30,230 nt of DNA, from positions 1 through 30,230 of the forward strand of contig JAVHOV010000035.1 in the NCBI GenBank assembly GCA_036170245.1. The letters are read 5' to 3'. This DNA is from an archaeon (lineage in GTDB: Archaea > Iainarchaeota > Iainarchaeia > Iainarchaeales > JAAZKV01). Positions 18,075 to 25,874 of the stretch are shown here, one piece after another; within the stretch, counting starts at the first letter, position 1, and each line of letters starts with the position of its first letter. The position numbers and the translations under genes were made by a program. The notes under the pieces are model-generated. The model did not search any database. It was not told the origin of the DNA and saw only the letters and a list, made by a program, of their open reading frames with translations.

Positions 18075-19241
18075 TTATGCTAATGCTTTACTTTCAGTTT
18101 TAAGTTTATCTGCTAAATCCGTTTTTTCCCAAGTAAAATCAGGATCATTTCTCCCAAAGTGACCGTAAGCAGCAGTCTTTCGATAAATTGGTCTTCTTAA
18201 GTTCAATCTATCCAAAATATCCTTTGGTTTTAGCGGGAAATATTTCTTAATCATTTCAACTATTTTTTCCTCAGGAATTTTATTTGTCTTAAAAGTATCA
18301 ACAAATATTCCAGTCGGCTCTGCTACCCCAATTGCGTAGGCAAGCTGAACTTCACACTTATCAGCAATTCCTGAAGCAACAATATTTTTTGCAATGTACC
18401 TTGCAGCATAAGCAGCACTTCTATCAACTTTTGTTGGGTCCTTCCCAGAGAAAGCCCCTCCACCATGTCTGCCCATTCCCCCATAAGTATCAACAATTAT
18501 TTTTCTACCAGTAACTCCCGTATCCCCTTCAGGACCACCTATTACAAATTTACCAGTTGCGTTAATGTGAATTTTAGTTTGTTTATCTAATAAATTGCCA
18601 CAAACAGGAACAATTACTTTATTATAAATTTCTTTTTTCAATTCACTTTCAGAAACTATTTCTAAATGCTGCTGTGCAATAACAACTGCTTCAATTCTTT
18701 TTGGTTTACCATTGTCATATTCAACAGTAACTTGTGATTTTCCATCTGGACCAAGATCCTTAATTATTCCTTTTTTTCTCACTTCTGCAAGCTTCATTGC
18801 TAATTTATGTGCAAGCATTATTGGCAAAGGCATTAATTCAGGAGTTTCATTTATTGCAAATCCAAACATCATACCCTGGTCTCCAGCACCCTGTTCTTTT
18901 CCACTACCTTCAGTTACTCCTAAAGATATATCAGGAGACTGCGCGTGAATAGAAACCCATACCCCTGCATCTCCACAATCAATTCCAAACAATGGATTAG
19001 TATAACCAATTTCTTTTAGAACATTTCTTGCAACTTTTTGCACATCAACGTAACCTTTAGTAGTTACTTCGCCAGCAACGTGAATTGATCCAGTTGTAGC
19101 AAGTGTTTCAACAGCAACTCTAGAATACGGGTCCTGTCTTAGTAATTCATCAAGTATTCCATCCGAAATTTGATCACAAATCTTATCAGGGTGACCCTCA
19201 GTAACACTCTCTGATGTAAAAAAATATTTCTTTTGCTCCAT
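18075..19241 (-). CDS. metK: S-adenosylmethionine synthetase, bacterial/eukaryotic type
   Basis: [54 protein letters not shown] at 19241 after purine-rich GAAAGGGGGT. Confidence 0.96.
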   Translation of the reverse strand: MEQKKYFFTSESVTEGHPDKICDQISDGILDELLRQDPYSRVAVETLATTGSIHVAGEVTTKGYVDVQKVARNVLKEIGYTNPLFGIDCGDAGVWVSIHAQSPDISLGVTEGSGKEQGAGDQGMMFGFAINETPELMPLPIMLAHKLAMKLAEVRKKGIIKDLGPDGKSQVTVEYDNGKPKRIEAVVIAQQHLEIVSESELKKEIYNKVIVPVCGNLLDKQTKIHINATGKFVIGGPEGDTGVTGRKIIVDTYGGMGRHGGGAFSGKDPTKVDRSAAYAARYIAKNIVASGIADKCEVQLAYAIGVAEPTGIFVDTFKTNKIPEEKIVEMIKKYFPLKPKDILDRLNLRRPIYRKTAAYGHFGRNDPDFTWEKTDLADKLKTESKALA

Positions 19242-19263
19242 TCTTAAAAACCCCCTTTCATCA

Positions 19264-19337
19264 CTAACACTGACTAGCCACTCAACAGCTACCAATCAGC
19301 AACTTATTAGCTACTTTAAGATTAATGGAGTTTAAAA
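19264..19337 (-). promoter_or_regulatory. Putative shared TATA box (TTTAAA 19331-19336) and structured metK 5' leader
   Basis: Minus-strand stem GCTGATTGGT/GCTAGTCAGT (10 bp, 4 G-U) with outer CTAAT/GTTAG, just upstream of the metK ribosome-binding site. Confidence 0.45.
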
Positions 19338-19361
19338 GGATTTTGGTGTATAATTTCATTT

Positions 19362-19520
19362 ATGAGTCAAGGAGTAAGAATAAGTCCATACTTTTCGCGC
19401 GAACAGGCAAAAATACTTGATGAACTAATTGACAAAATTGGATGCACAAGAGCCGACGTAGTAAAACAATTAGCACTGATCAAACTTACTGAAATGGGTT
19501 ATTTTAACAAGAAAAAATAA
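19362..19520 (+). CDS. Ribbon-helix-helix (CopG/Arc/MetJ-fold) DNA-binding protein, absent from the ORF track
   Basis: Translated by hand, 52 aa: MSQGVRISPYFSREQAKILDELIDKIGCTRADVVKQLALIKLTEMGYFNKKK; strand-helix-G-x-TR-helix pattern. Confidence 0.75.
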   Translation: MSQGVRISPYFSREQAKILDELIDKIGCTRADVVKQLALIKLTEMGYFNKKK

Positions 19521-19541
19521 CTACTACCTAATTTATTTTTT

Positions 19542-20015
19542 ATGAATTTAGCAAGTGCAATAAAAAAAGTCAAAAGACTTGTTCCAAAAAGATTTAGAAA
19601 ACCTACTTTAATGGAACAAAGAGCTGATTTGAAAGCATTGAAACTTAAGGTTCTTGGGGAAGATTTCTTTGCATTAGCAGAAATTGAAGATACAATCAAA
19701 ACAAAAGGCAAAACAAGCAAAGAAGTTTCAATAGTTAAATCAAAAGTAGCACTAGATTTTTCTAAAAAACACTTTGGGATAAAATTAACCCCCGAACAGC
19801 AACAAAAAATTGCCGAACTAATGGCTAGATTAGAATATAGAGAAAATGCAGTTAAATCTGTTAAAAGAAATGCTTTAAGTGATGAAATGGCCAACAAAAT
19901 AAGAAAAGAACTTATCAGCCAATTCCCAAACAAAAAAGATTATATAAACTTTTTAACTACTTACCGAATATATACCTCCAAATTAAGACAAGTACTGAAA
20001 AAAGCAGGATACTAA
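19542..20015 (+). CDS. Hypothetical basic protein (ORFan)
   Basis: 157-aa Lys-rich ORF, convergent with uvrB. Confidence 0.7.
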   Translation: MNLASAIKKVKRLVPKRFRKPTLMEQRADLKALKLKVLGEDFFALAEIEDTIKTKGKTSKEVSIVKSKVALDFSKKHFGIKLTPEQQQKIAELMARLEYRENAVKSVKRNALSDEMANKIRKELISQFPNKKDYINFLTTYRIYTSKLRQVLKKAGY

Positions 20016-20020
20016 AAAAA

Positions 20021-23000
20021 TTATTTTGTTTCTTTTTTAATTCCAATTTCTTTCTGCATTGAATTAATCTGGTCTCTTAAAGCAATTGCCAATTCAAAGT
20101 TTAATTTCTCTGCAGCATCCCTCATTTCAATTTCGAGTTGCTTCACTAATCTTTCTTTTTCTTTATTTGGAATGTGCTTTGTATCCTTAACAATAATCTG
20201 CTGATCCTCAATCGGCTTGATTATAGTAATAGGAGTAATGTGGTGCGTTTTGTTATAAGCTAATTGAAGCTCCCTTCTTCTGTTAGTTTCAGCAATCGCT
20301 CTATTCATTGAATCAGTTTTTCGGTCAGCATAAAGAATTACTTTAGAAGTAGAATTTCTTGCAGCTCTCCCAATTATTTGAATCAAGCTCTTTTGGTCTC
20401 GCAAAAACCCTTCCTTATCAGCATCAAAGATTGCAACGAGCCCCACTTCAGGCAAATCAATTCCTTCTCTTAATAAATTAATTCCAACCAAAACATCAAA
20501 CTTGCCTGCCCTTAACTGCCTAATAATTTCACTTCGTTCAAGAGTTTTTATTTCAGAATGCAAATACCTTGACTTTATCCCCTTTGAAGCAAAATAATCT
20601 GCCATTTCTTCAGCAAGTTTCTTTGTGAGAGCAGTTACTAAAATCCTGTTTCCTTCTTTTGTTACTCTTTCAATTTCTTTTAACATATCTTCCATTTGGT
20701 TATCAGTTTTTCTTATTTCAATTATAGGATCAACTAAACCAGTCGGCCTAATTATCTGTTCAACAAAATTCTTTGAATTCGCCCTTTCATATTTATCAGG
20801 AGTTGCACTAACAAAAATCACATTCTCTTTTTTCATGTATTCCTCAAACTCACTGAACTTTAGCGGTCTATTATCAAGAGCACTTGGAAGCCTAAAACCG
20901 TAATCAATTAATGTCTGCTTTCTCTGCCTATCCCCATGATACATTCCGTTGAGTTGAGGAATTGATTGGTGAGATTCATCAATCACAATCAAAAAATCGT
21001 CTCCAAAATAATCCAAGAGGCAATAAGGTTTTTCACCCTCTTTTCTCCCTTCAAAGTGCCTTGAATAATTTTCAATACCTTTGCAAAACCCCATTGTTTT
21101 TAATAATTCTAAATCATAATTAGTTCTCTGTTTCAACCTATGCGCCTCAATCACTCCAAGTTCTGGCAATCTACTCTCAAGTTCTTTTTTAATTGATTCA
21201 ATTGCACTTATTGTTTCGCTTTCAGGAGTAACAAAGTGACGAGCAGGGAACAAGTGATAATAAGGAATTTTTTGTTCAACTTGGTTAGTATCTTTATTTA
21301 GAATACTAATTTTTTCAATTACATTCCCGCTAAGTTCAACTCTTAAAATATTTCGTTCATACCCTGGAACTATATCAACAGTATCACCTTTTACTCTAAA
21401 TCTTCCACTCATTAACTCCAAATCATTTCTTTCATACTGTGCATCAAGAAGCTTTGTCATTAATTCAACTCTGCTTAGTTTTTGCCCCTCTTCAATTTCA
21501 AACCCCATCCCCAAATAATTCTTAGGATTTCCTAAACCATAAATACATGAAACACTTGCAACAACAATGACATCATTTCGAGAAAGCAGGGAAGTAGTTG
21601 CGCTTAACCTCATTCTTTCAATATATTCATTAATCTGTGAATCCTTCTCAATGTACTGATCTGTTGAAGGAATATAAGATTCCGGCTGGTAATAATCATA
21701 AAAAGAAACAAAATACTCTACCCTATTATGGGGAAAAAAGGCTTTGAATTCATTATACAATTGCGCTGCCAAAGTTTTGTTGTGGGCCAATACTAAAGTT
21801 TTCTTCTGCACATTCTGAATTACATTTGCAATTGTGAATGTATTGTGAACAAAAATATTCCCATACCCTGCAGCAAAATTTTCATTGTTTTTAATAGATA
21901 AATCATAAACAAATCCATTTTTGCTTTGCAACTTTTTAACTGAAACAATTCGTCTAAAATTGTAATCTAACAAATTCTTTAAAACTCCATATCTTGCATC
22001 CTTTTTCTCCAACCATTCAACAAGAACTTTAAACTTCTCTTTAGAAATCGACCTTACTCCTAATTGAAGCATTGAAATATAACTTCTTTCACATCCAATA
22101 ATTTTCGCCAAATCTTTTTGAAAAAACTTATTTTTTTGAATTATTTCTTTAAAGAAACCACTTGAGTTCGGTATTAAATCAACGTTTGTATTTTCATTAC
22201 CCAATCCTAAATTAGAAAGTTTTTGTTTTTTATAAGAAATAGAAAAATTAATTTCTTTTTTAAATATAATCAAATTTTGCTTACCTGTCACCCCTAAAGT
22301 ATAGTAATTTTTTGAGTATTTTTTATTAAACTTTTCAATAATTCTTGAAGAAATACCGAATCGGAGAAGCATATTTTTTATATCAAAAACCAATTCTTTC
22401 GAAACAGAGGAATAATAAACTCCTTTCTTTGGCTCAACCCAACCATCCCCATCAAACATAGCCTGTAACACAATTGATAGTTGCTTATTTGACAAGTTAT
22501 ATAAAAATGAAGACATTCTCTTTGAACCAGCACTTCTGCCAAATACCTTAAAGAAATTTGAAAAATAAACTGAACTATATTGAATATCACATTTATTTCT
22601 TATAAAAAAATTCAACCCTTGCATTTTCCAAAAACGCATGCACACCGATTTTAATCTATCATCAGAATTTGAAATAATAATATAGTTTTTTTCAGCATGA
22701 CCTTCAGCAACATACAATCCAATAAATGTCAAAAAATCATTAGTCAACTCAACACAAGGTGATAAAAAATCACTACCCTTTTTGTCAATCAATCTAACAT
22801 ATGTTAACACATTATTCAAATTTAATTTTTCTTTTTTCACAAGAAAATTAATGACTTCTTGAGAAACGGACCTTTCTTTTGTTTTTGACAAAATTTGATT
22901 AAACTTCCATTTTACTGATTTATTTTCATTTTTTAAAAAATTAGCCATAACATTTTCGCTTAAAGAATATTTTCTAATTAATAAATCAATAGAAATTTTT

Positions 23001-23572
23001 GCAAAAGGATTATAATCCAACAAATTTATGAATTTTTGATTAATGCAACTATCATAAAAAATATTTGAAGTTGGCAAATAATCCCCCACATTTAGTTCAT
23101 TGGTTGGGCATAACTCAAAAGCAGCATCAACCAACCTGAAACAATTATGGTCCTTTGTAACCTTTATTCTTGAATAATCATCAAGAATAATCTCATATAC
23201 ACAATTCTCTTTGTGCCTTGAAACCTGATTTATTTCACACTCTGAAATTTTATTTGAACCAAAATTAAAAGATAAAATCCTTTGCCCATTTACCCCAAAA
23301 GCGATTGATTCCTTAGAAAACTTTTTCTCCTTAGGAATATATTGTTCAACAAATTTTCCAATCTCAAACTTGTTTAATTCACCACGAGAATTTCTCACAA
23401 TTATTTGTTCAGAATAATCCAAACTTTTCCCGCTCCCTGTCACCCCAAGAAGAGTTTGAGGGGATTTACCTTTCTTTACTCCTTGAGTAAGAGATTCAAT
23501 TGCCGTAGGCTGAGAGCCCGCTGGCTTAAACTTTGAAACAATCTCAAATTTATGCTTCTCCTTAGTTATCAT
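20021..23572 (-). CDS. uvrB: Excinuclease ABC subunit B, intein-containing precursor (655 aa after splicing)
   Basis: LLGVTGSGK//TFTIANVI, AHNKTLAAQLY, YDYYQPE, DESH, GINLLREGIDLPEV, QIIGRAARN, C-terminal UVR domain. Confidence 0.96.
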   Translation of the reverse strand: MITKEKHKFEIVSKFKPAGSQPTAIESLTQGVKKGKSPQTLLGVTGSGKSLDYSEQIIVRNSRGELNKFEIGKFVEQYIPKEKKFSKESIAFGVNGQRILSFNFGSNKISECEINQVSRHKENCVYEIILDDYSRIKVTKDHNCFRLVDAAFELCPTNELNVGDYLPTSNIFYDSCINQKFINLLDYNPFAKISIDLLIRKYSLSENVMANFLKNENKSVKWKFNQILSKTKERSVSQEVINFLVKKEKLNLNNVLTYVRLIDKKGSDFLSPCVELTNDFLTFIGLYVAEGHAEKNYIIISNSDDRLKSVCMRFWKMQGLNFFIRNKCDIQYSSVYFSNFFKVFGRSAGSKRMSSFLYNLSNKQLSIVLQAMFDGDGWVEPKKGVYYSSVSKELVFDIKNMLLRFGISSRIIEKFNKKYSKNYYTLGVTGKQNLIIFKKEINFSISYKKQKLSNLGLGNENTNVDLIPNSSGFFKEIIQKNKFFQKDLAKIIGCERSYISMLQLGVRSISKEKFKVLVEWLEKKDARYGVLKNLLDYNFRRIVSVKKLQSKNGFVYDLSIKNNENFAAGYGNIFVHNTFTIANVIQNVQKKTLVLAHNKTLAAQLYNEFKAFFPHNRVEYFVSFYDYYQPESYIPSTDQYIEKDSQINEYIERMRLSATTSLLSRNDVIVVASVSCIYGLGNPKNYLGMGFEIEEGQKLSRVELMTKLLDAQYERNDLELMSGRFRVKGDTVDIVPGYERNILRVELSGNVIEKISILNKDTNQVEQKIPYYHLFPARHFVTPESETISAIESIKKELESRLPELGVIEAHRLKQRTNYDLELLKTMGFCKGIENYSRHFEGRKEGEKPYCLLDYFGDDFLIVIDESHQSIPQLNGMYHGDRQRKQTLIDYGFRLPSALDNRPLKFSEFEEYMKKENVIFVSATPDKYERANSKNFVEQIIRPTGLVDPIIEIRKTDNQMEDMLKEIERVTKEGNRILVTALTKKLAEEMADYFASKGIKSRYLHSEIKTLERSEIIRQLRAGKFDVLVGINLLREGIDLPEVGLVAIFDADKEGFLRDQKSLIQIIGRAARNSTSKVILYADRKTDSMNRAIAETNRRRELQLAYNKTHHITPITIIKPIEDQQIIVKDTKHIPNKEKERLVKQLEIEMRDAAEKLNFELAIALRDQINSMQKEIGIKKETK
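21842..23425 (-). mobile_element. Intein (528 aa) with LAGLIDADG homing endonuclease and HTH
   Basis: Starts SLDYSEQI after GSGK; block B VTKDHN; LAGLIDADG-like IGLYVAEGH and LQAMFDGDG; block F VYDLSI; ends FVHN followed by Thr+1. Confidence 0.93.
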
Positions 23573-23647
23573 AAATAGTTAAGAAAAAGGAGGACTTTAA
23601 ACACTTTCGAGAGTAGAATGCCGCAAAGAAATTATTACCTGAAGAAT

Positions 23648-24220
23648 TCACTGCAAAACTTCTGCAACACAATCAACACTCATTTTTTGATTTCCTGAAG
23701 ATTTTGTTAAACCGCTGTTTTTTACAATCTCTACTGAAACATCACAAACTTTTGATCTTCCAATTTCCTGAGTAGTACAATTACAATCCCCAGGAGAAAT
23801 ATTTATTCTAAAAACCTTACTATTTCCCATGCTTCCAATCTGAGAATTACCAACATCTTTTTCCTTACCCCCAATCATGATTTTAGTAATAGTAATAGAT
23901 TCAACCCCATTATTCTTTAATTCAATTACTGCATCCCCTTGTGAATCAAGTCCAGTCTCAAGAACAGCAACTTTCCCAAAAAGCATTGTGCCTAACTTGC
24001 CTGAAGATGAAGAAACCTGACTGATTGGAGACTCAGCCATATTTGCAAAAACAGCAACAATAACTAAACTAACCCCAGTTATTAGTGCCAAAAGAATTAG
24101 ATACTCAATAGTTCCTTGAGTTATTTGATTCTCGCGCATCTTTTTAAGATTGTGAATAAACTCCTTGTATTTCTGAATTTTAGTTTTAACAAATCCCTTT
24201 GAGCGAGGTTTTTTCATCAT
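23648..24220 (-). CDS. Class III signal peptide (archaeal pilin-like) protein
   Basis: QGTIEYLILLALITGVSLVIV motif followed by a beta-rich domain with Cys residues; true start uncertain. Confidence 0.7.
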   Translation of the reverse strand: MMKKPRSKGFVKTKIQKYKEFIHNLKKMRENQITQGTIEYLILLALITGVSLVIVAVFANMAESPISQVSSSSGKLGTMLFGKVAVLETGLDSQGDAVIELKNNGVESITITKIMIGGKEKDVGNSQIGSMGNSKVFRINISPGDCNCTTQEIGRSKVCDVSVEIVKNSGLTKSSGNQKMSVDCVAEVLQ

Positions 24221-24264
24221 TCAACAATAGATTTCATTATATATAAAACAATTCTACTAAACAA

Positions 24265-25842
24265 TTATTTTCCAAAAACTTCCTTTCTCTTTAATACTTT
24301 TCTGTAAGCATTACCAAATCTATGAGTTTCATCTCTCACTGCCTGAAGGAGAAGAAGTCCTTTATTCTTTTTGTCAAGTCTTAACGGAGTGGGGTTATTT
24401 GGAAAATAAATTTCTTCAAACTGCTTTGCAAGAGAAATAATTGGACTTGATATATTCAAATCTTTAAGAACTTTTGCGGAAACTCCTAATTGAGTCGGTC
24501 CCCCATCTATTACAATTAAATCAGGCTTTTTCATTGTTTTTGATAATGATCCAGAATATCTTCTCCTTACTACTTCTTCCATCGCAAGTAAATCATCAGA
24601 ATTTGCATCTGCCCGAATTTTGAATTTTCTATAATTTGATTTATCAGGAAAACCATCCTTAAAATTACTCATTGAAGCAACTGTGTTTGTTCCGTGCAAA
24701 TGCGAAATATCAAAGCACTCAATTACATGAGGAAGTTTTTCTAAATTCAATGCATCCTTAAGAGCAGTAACTCTTTCGCTTCCAGCAAAAAATGTTGCTG
24801 TAATGTTCTTTGAAACAAAATCCAAAATCTCTTTCTTCTCCCCTGCTTTAGGAACAATAATTTTTACTTTCTTCTTTGATTTGTTTGAGAGATACTCAAC
24901 TAATGCACTTGATAATTCAACTGGCAAAATTATTTCATCAGGAACTTCTGTAGAATCATAAAATTGTAACAAAAACTCTTCCAAAAAATCTTCTTTCTCA
25001 TTGAAAACAAATTCCTGCTTTTCTTCAACTACCCCGTTTCTGATATTAAATAACAATAAGTGAACTTCACCAGCAGAGATTTCATAATTAATTACATGTG
25101 CGTCAACTTTCTTTGAGAACTCTACATTCTGTTTTTCCTTTAGTGTCTTAATCGCTTCAATTTGATTCCTTAGAGAAAGAGCATATTCAAAATTGTTCTT
25201 TTCAGAAGCTTCCTTCATGCTAGTCTCAAGTTCGCTGATCAATTCATCAGTATTTCCTTTCAGAATTTTTTTTACCATTAAAACTTTCTTTTTGTAATCT
25301 TCTACATCAATTGTTTTCTTCGCTTTAATTGAAGGTTTGTAAGTGAATATCTTAAAGTGCCAGCTCACTGAATCCATTATTGTTTTTCTTATACTACCGC
25401 TCACAAAAGGGCCAAAATACTCCCCGCTTTTGTTTCTAATTCTTGCAACCTCAAGAATTGGAATTTTGTCATCAGTGAAGTGAAGATATGCATATCTCCT
25501 TGAATCCTTCAAATCAAGGTTAAAATAAGGATAATACTTTTTTATTAAATTATTTTCCAATAAAAATGCTTCCACTTCATTCTTTGTTAAAACAAAATCA
25601 ATGTTCTTTATCTTAGTAACCAAAGTTTGGGTTTTGATGTCATGACCCATGCGAAACTCTTGGTTTCGCGGGGCCCGTAAAGCGTCACTACGCTTTACTT
25701 GGTCTGTTTTCTGAAAATAACTAGAAACTCTTTTTTTCAAATCCTTTGCTTTCCCAACATAAATTACAGTTCCATTTTCATCTTTGAACATGTAGCATCC
25801 AGGAGAATTTGGAAGAAAATTAATTTCTTTTGGTGAAATCAT
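24265..25842 (-). CDS. uvrC: Excinuclease ABC subunit C (shortened form)
   Basis: GIY-YIG domain PGCY..IYVGKAKDLKKRVSSYF, UVR domain, RNase H-like IECFDISH, IDGG, RDETHRF. Confidence 0.95.
   Translation of the reverse strand: MISPKEINFLPNSPGCYMFKDENGTVIYVGKAKDLKKRVSSYFQKTDQVKRSDALRAPRNQEFRMGHDIKTQTLVTKIKNIDFVLTKNEVEAFLLENNLIKKYYPYFNLDLKDSRRYAYLHFTDDKIPILEVARIRNKSGEYFGPFVSGSIRKTIMDSVSWHFKIFTYKPSIKAKKTIDVEDYKKKVLMVKKILKGNTDELISELETSMKEASEKNNFEYALSLRNQIEAIKTLKEKQNVEFSKKVDAHVINYEISAGEVHLLLFNIRNGVVEEKQEFVFNEKEDFLEEFLLQFYDSTEVPDEIILPVELSSALVEYLSNKSKKKVKIIVPKAGEKKEILDFVSKNITATFFAGSERVTALKDALNLEKLPHVIECFDISHLHGTNTVASMSNFKDGFPDKSNYRKFKIRADANSDDLLAMEEVVRRRYSGSLSKTMKKPDLIVIDGGPTQLGVSAKVLKDLNISSPIISLAKQFEEIYFPNNPTPLRLDKKNKGLLLLQAVRDETHRFGNAYRKVLKRKEVFGK
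25645..25701 (-). repeat. Double-hairpin element copy 3, a 57-bp in-frame insertion in uvrC
   Basis: GC-rich island: GCGAAAC-tcttg-GTTTCGC (25651-25669) and GTAAAGCGT-cact-ACGCTTTAC (25677-25698); encodes QVKRSDALRAPRNQEFRMG. Confidence 0.8.
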
Positions 25843-25874
25843 ATAAAGTTAATGAAAAGTATTTGTTAAATAGC

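Noticed and set aside
19242..19295. N-terminal extension of MetK (ORF-track start at 19295)
   Set aside because: Homology begins at [13 protein letters not shown] and a purine-rich RBS precedes ATG 19241; the extension coincides with the leader hairpin
19245..19320. SAM-III (SMK box) riboswitch suggested by GAAAGGGGG before metK
   Set aside because: No anti-SD CCC tract or SMK core in the leader; kept only as an unclassified hairpin
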